From Blastocladiella emersonii ATCC 22665 (taxonomy: Eukaryota > Fungi > Blastocladiomycota): a DNA stretch of 64,000 nt. The position numbers and the translations under genes are program-made. The stretch covers positions 930,001-994,000 of the forward strand of contig JANHCV010000004.1 in NCBI GenBank assembly GCA_025594325.1, in the 5' to 3' direction. Below the pieces are notes generated by a model. It was not told the origin of the DNA. It saw only the letters and a program-made list of their open reading frames with translations, and did no database searches. Below, piece by piece: positions 44,727-55,130 of the stretch (the first letter of the stretch is position 1; every line of letters begins with the position of its first letter).

Positions 44727-45920
44727 TTACGGCGTCGTGAAGATTGAGCTTGTTGAGCACGTCCGCGAGTTCAATGGACGACTGCGCGGCCGACTCTTCC
44801 TGGAACATGACCACGATCTGCGCGCGCTTGGATGGGTCTGCTGCTGCAAGCACCTTGGGGTAGGGCAGTGTTTGAGGAGGTGTATCAACGCGAAATGGCC
44901 GTCGGTTTGGAGCTTTGAAACAGAAAAGGCCGAGAGAAAGTGTTGATCGATGTACTCGGGTGCATTCCGCAGGATCCAGTCGAGCGAAAGGGGTTTTTCG
45001 GTGTCCGCGATGCCGGCGCCACAGAGTGCCCAGGTGAACCGAGTCGAGAGGCCGGCCGTGACCATCGCGTCGGCGATTGCGACCACATCAATTGGACGAC
45101 CGAGTTTGACGAGCTCTTGGTATGACGCATACCGACATTTGATGATCGAGACGAGCGCCAAGTGGTTGAAGAACGACATGGGGTAGGCGTACGGGTAGTA
45201 AGTCTCCTCCTCGCAGTAGAGGACGTGCTGGAACCACTTGTCGTCCTCGTGGTCAAACAGCTGGGAAGCCTGCTTGTCGGTGGCCTGGAGCAGGTAGCGA
45301 AGAGTTGAAGGATCGCACCGCGTGACCGCGCTCGCGAGAAGCTGGAGAAGCGACATGATGGGCCATTCGAGGCACGAGGGAATCTCGGGCGTCAGACCCT
45401 CGTATTCCTCCCACAACTTCCGATAAAACTCGTCGCGCGGATCGGGTTCGTGGTCGGGGTAGTACTCGATCGTGCCTCGAGTTGGGAAGTAGGTAAAGCA
45501 GCTGAGAAGCACTGGGTCATTCAGCAACTCGGGATATTCGGTCTGCAGGCAGTTCAGCATTGCGTCGATCGCTGAAGCGAAAAAGTAGGAGCTGGGTGGC
45601 GGAAGATCCACCTGGTCGGCGTGGAACAGATATCCTCCGAGGTCCGTGTTCGGGAGGCACTTTGGAGGATGCCCGTGGAAACCAGCAATGACGGCGGGTG
45701 AGAGTGCGCGCAGCATGGAGCGGCCCCACACCGACCGCACTGCACGCGAAGAAGAAGCCAAGGAGTACGCCTCCCGCGAAGCGCAAAAGAGCTGTACGCG
45801 AGGCTTGGCGAGTTGCAGTGCGCGCTCGAACAACTCAAAGGGAAGCGTGTTGACTTGTTCGCAGCCCGTAGACCGAGCAGACTCGTCCATAAGATCGCAT
45901 TGCAGAGAGTCTAGTTGCAT
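44727..45920 (-). CDS. F-box-like N-terminus with possibly degenerate ankyrin-like helices; intronless, lower GC
   Basis: NTLPFELFERALQL..LFCASR (F-box-like), LLASAVTRCDPSTLRYLL. 397-aa ORF lacking the host GC3 bias. Confidence 0.45.
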   Translation of the reverse strand: MQLDSLQCDLMDESARSTGCEQVNTLPFELFERALQLAKPRVQLFCASREAYSLASSSRAVRSVWGRSMLRALSPAVIAGFHGHPPKCLPNTDLGGYLFHADQVDLPPPSSYFFASAIDAMLNCLQTEYPELLNDPVLLSCFTYFPTRGTIEYYPDHEPDPRDEFYRKLWEEYEGLTPEIPSCLEWPIMSLLQLLASAVTRCDPSTLRYLLQATDKQASQLFDHEDDKWFQHVLYCEEETYYPYAYPMSFFNHLALVSIIKCRYASYQELVKLGRPIDVVAIADAMVTAGLSTRFTWALCGAGIADTEKPLSLDWILRNAPEYIDQHFLSAFSVSKLQTDGHFALIHLLKHCPTPRCLQQQTHPSARRSWSCSRKSRPRSRPLNSRTCSTSSIFTTP

Positions 45921-46542
45921 GGTTGGCGGTAGTTTAATGATTCATGGAAGTTGAGCAGGGAGATCAAGCTCTTCGCCGGGCGAGTTCCTGTTCAGGCGCA
46001 CGACCATGGGTGGTGTAACGGCTGATCTCTCGCCACGTGCGCTATGTCTCGCGTCTCAAAGTGTGGCGCAACGCGTGGCCATAACCCAGACAAACCCTAA
46101 TTGAACAGGTTGATAGCCCCTTAGTACATGTCGAGGTGCACCACCGCCGCCCGAACTTGGGGCAACCGGCCGCTGCCCGTTGTATTTTCTGCTCGTCCTA
46201 GTCGGCTGGAGCGGTAAGGGATGGGCTAGACTTCTTGCGCGTGCGCGTTGCTCCGCACGAATGGACAACACGGGTTCTCGATCACACTTCAGATCACGTC
46301 GTGCTTGACAGATGTCCTTGCAGACCGCTGCTTAGACGTGGTGAAGCTCCTGAAATAGCCGCCACAAGGATGGACTCGTGAATCTGCGCCTTGTCAACTG
46401 GCCCATTGCGGACCACGTTCTGCATTCACTGCCCCGGTCTACGCCGCCTGTGAAAGCTGAGCTGCTATTAACATTCGTTGTTGATTTGAACGAGGGCTTC
46501 ATGAAAACAAAGAAGGAACTCTGCGGGAACGTCCCACACCAC

Positions 46543-46932
46543 TCAGGCATCCGAGTCGAAGGCCACCCAGCCGCGACCTCGGCCGGCATACATCATGGCG
46601 CATGGAGCATTGCTCTCTGTCGGTACATGGCGAACAACGGGATTCGTTGCAAACCCGGCGGGTTGATCAAAGGGCCCGAGGCCGCCATGCGAGCTGGTAA
46701 CGTCTAGGAGCCAGCGAACGGGATCGCCTGGAGGGAGCTCGCCGTCCTCGGTCGAAGCGCGCAAAATGGCTTCAAAGCCGTCATACTCGACGAGCAGCCG
46801 AAGTAACGGTTCGGCTTCGGCGTCAACTAAACCAGCGACAATGACCGCGCCGTAGTAAGCATTTGTCGCGAGCAACACGGACTTTGGCGCGAGTTCGACG
46901 ATGATGCGAACCAGTTCAACAGGGAGCTGCAC
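46543..46932 (-). pseudogene. F-box-like ORF fragment without an ATG start
   Basis: Begins GTG-QLPVELVRIIVELAP directly after an in-frame TGA, and is in frame with the upstream ankyrin ORF. Confidence 0.35.
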
Positions 46933-47067
46933 TCAGTGAAGAATGTAGTGCGCGAGTGCTTCCGGGAGCGAGGCGGTCGCCTTGTTCGGGGCTCGCGCGT
47001 CAGTGGTCTGCGTAGACGTAGTACTAGAGTTCGCATACTCGTTGTCGGGCTCGAGCTGGAGTACCGA

Positions 47068-48210
47068 CTACATCAACCGACGGACAACCTGCGGGTTGCC
47101 GCTGTTAATTGCCTCGGCAAGGACTTGGTGAGGGACGCCGCGGGACAAGAAGCCGGACAGAATACGGATACAGTTGATGGCACCGTGGCGGATCGCCAGG
47201 GCAACTAGGGCAGACGATTGGCTGCATGAGTACGTCCGTGCCTCGGGAAGATTCAAGCCGGCGAGTTGGACAACAAAGTGGTGCCCAAGCCGAGCCAGCA
47301 GCGAAAGGATGGGTTCACGGTCACCGCAGATGGCAAGGTATACAACTGTGAAGCCCGCAGAATGCCACTCTGGAAGCCCGTTGGGCGTATCAGTCACGCA
47401 CATGCGAGGAAACGCGGCTTCCAAGCGCTCGATGTCGCTAACGATCGCTGCGACACAGAGATCGGAAACAACCTGAGATTGTTCGACTTCGTAGGCCCAT
47501 TTCTGCGAAGGAAGAACGGCGAAGATTGATACGTTCGAGAACTCGGTTCGAGTGAGGTCGACGCGTGGAAGCGGCTCAAGTGCTTGGTCTTGGTTGCCGA
47601 TGGCGGCGCGAAAGAGGTCGTAGTGTGTGGTCGCAAGCTCGCCCCATTCGGCGAACCCGTGTGCAATCAACACGCGCAGGACTTGGTGCGTACCGCGAAA
47701 GTCCTCGCTGGTCGGGTCAAGTTCAGCCACGGCAGAAACCGCAGCAGTGAGAGCCAACATGTGACGCTTCGAAACCAGTTTGAAGACACGCTCATAGTGA
47801 CCAGGAGATTTAGGCGGTCGAAAGAACCGCGTAGCGGGGGACACAAGGAAGCGACGAACAACGGTAACGTCGCCGTGGGCGGCAGCAAGCTGAAGTGCGA
47901 GTCCGTCCCGCGCGAGAGGGTCGACGAGGGGCGAATCGAGCAGCTGATTGAGGACGGACACGCGCTCGCCTCGCGCGTCAAGAAGCGGACCACCAGTGGC
48001 TGGGTCCGTGGCCCACCGATGCTTTTTGCGGTCGAGGAACCACTGAAAGTGCTCGGCAGCAAGCGGAGCCATGGAGAGATTGGCGAATGCGCGGCATGTC
48101 GCGCGAAGTCGCGCAGTCTCAGTCGCGCCGAGAAACGGCCGAAGCGCGTCGACCACGGTCACCGGCATGGTCCCAAGTGACGGCAGCAAGTGTTGCATGG
48201 ACTGATTCAT
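47068..48210 (-). CDS. F-box-like plus ankyrin-repeat protein; intronless, lower GC
   Basis: MPVTVVDALRPFLGATETARLRATCRAF (F-box-like). Ankyrin repeats VDPLARDGLALQLAAAHGDVTVVRRFL, LVALAIRHGAINCIRIL and LAEAINSGNPQVVRRL. Confidence 0.6.
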   Translation of the reverse strand: MNQSMQHLLPSLGTMPVTVVDALRPFLGATETARLRATCRAFANLSMAPLAAEHFQWFLDRKKHRWATDPATGGPLLDARGERVSVLNQLLDSPLVDPLARDGLALQLAAAHGDVTVVRRFLVSPATRFFRPPKSPGHYERVFKLVSKRHMLALTAAVSAVAELDPTSEDFRGTHQVLRVLIAHGFAEWGELATTHYDLFRAAIGNQDQALEPLPRVDLTRTEFSNVSIFAVLPSQKWAYEVEQSQVVSDLCVAAIVSDIERLEAAFPRMCVTDTPNGLPEWHSAGFTVVYLAICGDREPILSLLARLGHHFVVQLAGLNLPEARTYSCSQSSALVALAIRHGAINCIRILSGFLSRGVPHQVLAEAINSGNPQVVRRLM

Positions 48211-49348
48211 TGGTTTAACGTGTGCGTGGGGACGTCGCTGGGAGCGCAGGAACGTGAGTCGATGCTTCGGAGGGGGGCGCGTTCGTCGGCCGTGATGCAT
48301 CACGCGAGTGGCGCATCGCGTCCGCCGTTCTTGACAAAACAGTCCAGCCTATCCCTGTGCCTTCCAAAGCCGAAAGCCGACGGAACCTTCTTTAGTTCGT
48401 CGCTCAATAAAATTCGAGGCTGTACAATCGCAGCGCGACGATACTCCGCCACCTGAGCCTCTGCCACCGTCCTGCCCGAACATGGTCGATGCTGCTGTCG
48501 AAGGATTTGATATACATCAAGACAATATTGTGACCCTTCCTCACGGGCCACTGTGGCCCAAAAACCATTACCTGTTGTTCGACGATCGAGACACGGATCA
48601 GCAACTTTTGTATGGCGGCCACCTCTTGTACGAACTGTCTGGCGTGCACGCGTTTCCTCCTCGATCAGAACGCCCATCAAAGTCGCATGCGCCGGTCCTC
48701 GTGTGAATTGTGGTCCATCCTCGAGCTCGACGAGAGGGGACGCGAGGAGGCGAGTGAACCGACGCGTTCCCCCTGACGACGGCTCACGTGGGCGTGTCGA
48801 TCGCACGCGCGCCGTGTGGCGTCGTCGGGCGGCGACCTCCCTTGCTTAAAACCCGCAGCCACCTCACACTCCTGGTCTTGTTCTTTACAAAATCAAGCTA
48901 GAGACTCAATCGGAACCGCGGCCGCGGTCGAGCAACGCGCGCCGGTCCTCGTGGCCGGCACGCACGGCTCGGCTGCACCTTCAATTCATGCCGCGACCAT
49001 CCACACTGGTCTTTTATACCAAAAGGGCTTTTTAGGCGCGGTGGTCTCTTCTTGTGGCCGCCGTCGTCACCTGCTGTCCGCACACCTTCATCCATCCTCG
49101 GGATGGCATGTTGCTACTTTACGCCTGCCGCGCTTCGCCTGCTCTCACAAGCACGAGCGAGGATCGGATCCTGCCCAGGTTACTGTCCCGCTAAGTCCTT
49201 ATGAACGTTCGGCATGTTGGAGTTGAAGTGGATGTCGTAGCCGCCCACGCTAACCGCGCGAGAGCTGCTGCTGAACATCTGCTGCTGCTCTCGCGACCCG
49301 TCCACGCTCCCGCATCAACCCTTCCCCCTGTTGAATGAAAGCATAACC

Positions 49349-50141
49349 ATGTCAGCAACTCGCGTCTTCATGGAGATCTCGGCGGGCAGCACTGACGTGC
49401 ACGCCGCCGAGACGGCCGCCTACGCGCGCACCATCGCGTTCCTGCGCGCCAAGGGCAGCATGTACGGCCTGCCGCCGACGGCCGCGCCCGAGTCGCTGTC
49501 CGAGGACCAGCGCGAGCTGCTCGCTTCCGTGTGGGAAGAGTCGGAGCCCGCGCGCCTCGACCCGCCGACGCCGCTCGCGCTCGGCCGCGTCGTGATCGAG
49601 CTCGCCGACGCCACCGCGGCACCCAAGGCGCACGCCAACTTTGTCGCGCTGTGCACGGGCAGCAAGGGCATGTCCAAGGCCGTCAAGACGGCTGCGCTGC
49701 ACTACCGTGGGGTCCCGCTGCACCGCGTCGAGCGCGGGTTCGTCGCGCAGGGCGGCGATGTGACCCGCCACGATGGGTCTGGTGGCGACTCCATCTACAA
49801 CGGTACTACTTGGTGGTGCTCGCCGTGTGGCCATGTCACTGACGACCCACTTTGTGCGAGCAGGCAAGTTCAACGACGAAAAGGGCGGCCTGCGCAAGGG
49901 CTGGACGCGCGGGACCGTCGCGTACGCCAACTCGGGCAAGAACTCAAACACGTCGCAGTTCTTCTTCGTGCTGTCCGACGACGCGGCAAAGTACGCCAAG
50001 CTCGAGGGCAAGCACGTTGTGATCGGCCAGGTCGTCGAGGGGCTCGAGGTCCTCGCCGTGCTCGACGCCCGCTGCGGGTCCGCCAACGGCACGCCGAACG
50101 AGCCCGTCTGGGTCAGCGACTGCGGTCTCCTGTCGTCGTAA
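49349..50141 (+). CDS. Cyclophilin-type peptidyl-prolyl isomerase with an N-terminal insertion
   Basis: GRVVIEL..PKAHANFVALCTG..HRVERGFVAQGGD..GSGGDSIY/GKFNDE..ANSGKNSNTSQFF..LEGKHVVIGQVVEG. One intron of roughly 49803-49863. Confidence 0.92.
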
Positions 50142-51359
50142 ATGTATTCGCACATGAACTTGATGCATCGTCTTGCTCGTACCGGACACCTGCCAGAGCT
50201 ACGGCGCTCCCTGTCGACGGGCCCGATCGCCATCCGCGCGACTGAGCGAGCGGGGTTCGGCGTCGTCGCCACCGAGGACATCCCGCGCGGCACCACCGTC
50301 CTGCGAGCGCCCGCCCTCGCCACACTCCTCGACGAGGTCGTCCCGTGCGGCACCCCGCGGACCGACCCGACCGCCGCCATCGCGGGCTCGCTCGCCAGCG
50401 TGTACCCGTCCCTCCCCGCGCACATCCAGTACCAGCTCCGCGCGCTGTGCACCGGCGACGCGAAGCTCGACGCCGACCGCCCCGCCCCGTCATGGACGCC
50501 GCTCGCACCCGACACGGTCGTCGGCCCCATGACGCCCGCGCACATGCACGCGGCGGTGACGCACAACGCGTTCCGGTCCTTCGACCATGTCGCGTACGCG
50601 ACCGGCGTGAGCTCGCCCGCGCGCGTCGGGCTGTGGCCCGCGGCCGCCGTCTTCAACCACGCGTGCACCGCGACGTGCGCGTGGTCGGTGCACCCGACGA
50701 CCAAGGCCATGACGATCCGCACGCTCACCGACGTCCCGCGCGGGGCCGAGCTCACGCTCGCGTACCGCAACCCGCGCGACCCGGACCGCAATGCGATGAT
50801 GCAGTCGCGGTTCGGGTTCGCGTGCACCTGCCCCGCGTGCGCCGCCGACGCGCGCGTGCCCGAGGTCGTGCGGAAGGCGCGTGTGAAGGTCATGGCCGAC
50901 GCCGATTTTGACGCGGCGCAGGCGTTTGCGCGCGGGTCAGCGACCAAGGACGACGTGAACCGGATCGAGACCCACCTCGCCGCGCTCGACACGGCCGGTG
51001 GCGGGCGGCGCGAGTACCGCCCGCACGACGCGCGGCACGCCGAGTACCTCGCTGGGTGCCTGCAGCTGATGGCGGGCGACGCGGCGGGCGGCGAGGCGCG
51101 GCTGCGGTCCGCGCTCCTCGAGGCCACGGACGCCGACGCTGACGCGGCGCGCGGGTCGGCGGCGGACCCGATCATGGACATGATCCGGTGCGTGCGGACG
51201 GCCGTGGCCATGGTCGACGCGGGGCTCTCGGCGGCGACGTGCCGCGAGCTCGTTGCCCGCGCGGCGAGTCTGCACGCGCTCGTGTTTGAGGCGCCGCCGT
51301 CGTTCGACGACGACTTCGGCGAGCTTCTCGCGCAGGCTGGGCTCGGCAAGGGCCGCTGA
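50142..51359 (+). CDS. SET-domain (SMYD-like) lysine methyltransferase
   Basis: GFGVVATEDIPRG, GLWPAAAVFNHAC, ELTLAY, post-SET FGFACTCPAC. The start could be 50142 or a nearby downstream Met. Confidence 0.85.
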   Translation: MYSHMNLMHRLARTGHLPELRRSLSTGPIAIRATERAGFGVVATEDIPRGTTVLRAPALATLLDEVVPCGTPRTDPTAAIAGSLASVYPSLPAHIQYQLRALCTGDAKLDADRPAPSWTPLAPDTVVGPMTPAHMHAAVTHNAFRSFDHVAYATGVSSPARVGLWPAAAVFNHACTATCAWSVHPTTKAMTIRTLTDVPRGAELTLAYRNPRDPDRNAMMQSRFGFACTCPACAADARVPEVVRKARVKVMADADFDAAQAFARGSATKDDVNRIETHLAALDTAGGGRREYRPHDARHAEYLAGCLQLMAGDAAGGEARLRSALLEATDADADAARGSAADPIMDMIRCVRTAVAMVDAGLSAATCRELVARAASLHALVFEAPPSFDDDFGELLAQAGLGKGR

Positions 51360-51429
51360 GTGTGCTAGATTGACTAAGAGTATGTGCGTGTATATCAATA
51401 AACAAGGAAAGTGAAATGTCGGTGCCGGA

Positions 51430-51640
51430 TCACCCGCGGTACGAGGACCGGGACGAGAACCGCGGTCCGCCGCGCGACCCGCGCTGCTGCTGATGCTGGC
51501 GCCCGTGGCTGTGGCCGTGGCTGTGGGAGTGCGAGTGCGAGTGGCCGTGGCCGTGGTGCCCGCCAAAGTGCGCGTACATGTCGTCCTCGTCGTCGTCGTC
51601 CTGCATGCCGAAGCCGCCCATGCCGCCCATCCCACCCATA

Positions 51641-51673
<33 letters not shown>

Positions 51674-53171
51674 CCGCCAAAGAACATCTGGAAGACCTCG
51701 GGTGGGATACCGCCGCCCATGCCGCCCATACCGCCCATGCCGCCCATTCCCCCAAACCCGTCGAAGCCGCCCGACTCGTCGTCGGCGCCCATGTCGTGAC
51801 GGCGGCGCTTCTGCGGGTCCGAGAGCACCTCGTAGGCCTCGGCGACCTCCTTGAACTTGGCCTCGGTGTCGGCGTCGCCGTTGGACTTGTCGGGGTGGTA
51901 CTGGAGGGCGAGCTTGCGGTACGCCTTCTTGATCTCGGCGTCGGACGCGTCGCGCTCGACGCCGAGCACCTTGTAGTAGTTTTTGCGCGACGCGATGCGC
52001 ACCTGCTGCTCGGCGTTCTGGATCGCGAACCGGAGCTCGGCCGTGGGCTCGATCGTGTTGGCGGCCTTGTAGTCGCGGAGCGCCGCCTCCCACTGCTCCG
52101 TCTTGGCGTAGCAGTCGGCGCGGCGCAGGAGCACCTTGTAGTACTCGGGGTCGATCTCGAGCGCCGCCGTGCAGTCCTCGATGGCCTCCTTGTGGCGGCC
52201 GAGCTTGGCGGCGACCGTGGCGCGGTTCGAGTGCAGCTTGGCGAGCACCTGCTTGTTGGACGGGTCGGCCGCCATGGCCTGCGCGTACAGGTCGAGCGCC
52301 TCCTCGAGCTTGCCCGATTTGAACGCGGCGTTGCCCTTCTCCTTGAGCCCGTCGACCTGCTTGACGAGGCGGAACAGGATGCGCGCCGACTTCATGTCGG
52401 GGTCCATGACCAGCGCCTGCTGCAGGTGGGCCAGCGCCTTGCCCGACTCGCCCTGCATGTAGAAGACGCGGCCGCGGAGCGCGAGCGCCTCGGGGTTACC
52501 CGAATCGGCGCGCATTGCGGCGGACGCGATGGCCGCGGCATCGTCGACGTTGCCCGTGCGCGCGAGCGCCTCGCCGCGGAACAGCTTCCACTTGGTGCAC
52601 AGGTCCGACTCCTCGACCGAGTCGCCGGCGACGAGCTGGAACACGCGCGAGATGGCCGACAGCGCCACCTCGTTCTTGTCCTCGGCGAGCGCCGCGTGGT
52701 ACGCGGCCAGCTCCTGCTCGATGCGCGCCACGGTCGCGCGGTCGGCGGTCACGGCGGCGGTGGGGGACACGTCGGCGGCGCGCTCGAGCAGCGCCGCGGC
52801 CTCGGACACCTGGCCCATGACGAGCAGGCACTTGGCGCCGCGCACCATGGCCTTGGCGAAGGCCGGGTCGGCCTCAACGGCGGCCGAGCAGTCGAGCGCG
52901 GCGCGGCGGAAGTCCTTCTGCATCATGTACGCGGCGGCGCGGTTGTTGAGGACCGTAGGGATGGGCGACTCGGCCGCCTCGAGCGACTGCGTGTACAGGT
53001 CGATGGCGCGCGAGTAGATGCCCTTCTTGTAAAACTGGTTGCCCTCCTGCTTGAGCTGCTCGGCGCGCACGCTACGCGAGAGGGAAGGTCAGCGAGGGAG
53101 GGTCGCGTCGCGCGGGAGCGCGAGACAGCGTACCTCGGGCTGTCCTCCATGGGCGTGTCGGTCGACATCAT
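51430..53171 (-). CDS. DNAJC7: TPR plus J-domain co-chaperone (DNAJC7/Tpr2 type)
   Basis: Multiple TPRs ([24 protein letters not shown]), J-domain [20 protein letters not shown], and a GGM-repeat plus His-rich tail. One short 5' intron. Confidence 0.9.
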
Positions 53172-53815
53172 GGTTGTGCTGCGCGGTGGGGTAGTGATAG
53201 AAAGTAGATGTGTGGACGCGAGCGCGCAGGCAAGGCAGACTACGGGGACATTACGGGCGCCTGTGTTAGCGCGGAGGCCCCGATGCGGTGCCCGCCCCGA
53301 CGGCACCCGGCAGCGCTCGCCACGGTCACAGCGCTACAGTTGCTGACACGACGACGTGGGGCCATCGTGCGCGCGCTCCAGCGCGAGCGTGGGACCCGAA
53401 CGGCGCTCGCGCGGGCTGTAGCATTCATGGGACCGGGAGCTTCATGGGTGCATCGGTAGCGGGACGAGCTTCATGGCGAGTGACATACGGACCAGCAGGA
53501 GCAGGCTGGTCTAGACGAGGTCGGTGGGAGCGAGAGCGTTAGCGGAGCGATGAGCGAGGCCGCATCGACGGCCGTGGAAAGCGTGAGACTGGAGAATTTG
53601 CTCAGCCGATGCCCGTGGCACCGCCGTCACGCCGCGCCGGCGCCACTTTGAAACTCGACGCGTCCGAGGTCCGCGGCCTCGCGCGCTCGCCAACTCGTGG
53701 CCATGGACATGGCAAACCATACGACTTGGAATGAGTTGTATTACAAAACCACTACGCGCCCGCTATTTCGAAGCGCCCTCGCTCGACTCACCAACCATAC
53801 GCCGCGTCAGTGGCA

Positions 53816-54793
53816 CTACTCCCGCTTCCCGCCCTCAGCGGCGCCATCATCTTTTTTGACGGGGTGGCGGCGGTTAAGCTCGTCTAGCCGGTGCAGCGCG
53901 CCGATCGGCGGGAGCTTTTCCGGGTGCGCGTCGCGGATCGCGGCAAAGAGGTCGAGGAGCTTGTTCTGATCAATAGGCTCGTCCCGGAACTGGGGCGGAA
54001 TCGGGTTGAAGTTGGGGTCGTAGTCGAAGGCGTCATCTTCATAATCATCGTCGTCCAAGTCGTCGCCGTCGTCATGACCAAGACGGCCCTCGCCACCACC
54101 AAAGCCCATGAACTCGATCGGCCGCAGCACGTCCTCGGGCTTGCACTGGAGCCGCTTGCCGCGGTACTTGGCAGGCGTGCGCGGGTCCGCGATCGCGGCG
54201 GGGCCGCCGGCGGCGCACTGGATCTCGGCGCGCGAGAGGAACGAGAGGACCGCGATCCCGTGGTCGCAGGTGCCGAAGCCGCCCGCGGGACAGGTGCAGT
54301 GGCCCTCGGCCACGACGGTCTCGCGCTGGTACAAGTCAAGCCGGAAGTACACGTCGTGCGGCGGCTGGTTGGCCTCGGCCGCGGCCACCCCGCAGCGGAC
54401 GAAGAGGGACATGTCGCGGGAAGCGTGGTGAGCGCGCAGCGTGTGCACCAGGACTCCAAGTGAGCGGGCGGAGCTGGTGCGCCGGGTCGCGGTCAGTGAC
54501 GACAAGCCCGTCGCAAAGGCAAGGATCGCCTCGACGTCGAGAGGGCCCATAATCGCAAAAATCTCCTCGAGGCTCTCAAGCCATGCGTCGTCCGGGATAC
54601 TCTGAATCTACACGCGCAACGAGCCGTTGGTCCCGGCAAGGCTACGGCTCAGCAGCAGCGCGCACAGACACACCTTGCCAACCAGGCCCCGCGCTGCGCC
54701 GCCAAGCCAGAGGGCCGCGGCCGGCTTGGGGTTTGTATGGGCTTCACGTTGCGACGAGTTGCTGCTCTGCTTCATGGCGCTACGAGATGACAT
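53816..54793 (-). CDS. SWIM zinc-finger protein, 2 exons
   Basis: AEGHCTCPAGGFGTCDHGIAVL (CxC-x6-CxH). A TAG acceptor precedes IQSIPDDAW, and an upstream exon is inferred from ATG 54793. Confidence 0.6.
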
Positions 54794-55130
54794 GGTTGCG
54801 CTGCGAGAGCTCGAGCGCTCCAGCGCACCAACGCGAAGCGAGCCGGCTTCTCGAACGGGAGATGGGTGTGGCGCGGGCATCACGCGAGGATCGGCGCCAC
54901 TTTGCTCCGACGCGTCGCGGCCAAGGTTGGCGTGCAGACTTGCCAACGTGTGTCCGCCGTGGCCGTGGCTTTCCTTCGCGTAGTCCTCGCGTGACGAAGA
55001 CCTCGTTTTGGCACTCGCTTGAACGCTAGCCGGCCCGCTGGCTATGTAAACCGCCGCCCTCGCCGCCACCGACCGCTTCTCTCCCCAGCAAGACCCTCCC
55101 CTTCTCTTGCAACGTAACACACACTACACC

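Noticed and set aside
46005-46080. TGGTGTAACGG resembling a tRNA D-arm
   Set aside because: No T-arm (GTTCRA) or acceptor-stem pairing downstream.
48689-48953. 15-bp direct repeat GCGCCGGTCCTCGTG at 48689 and 48939
   Set aside because: Only two short GC-rich copies with no LTR or TSD context; likely chance.
51500-51760. GGM and His-Ser/His-Gly codon repeats
   Set aside because: Ordinary low-complexity tail of the J-domain co-chaperone, not an array.
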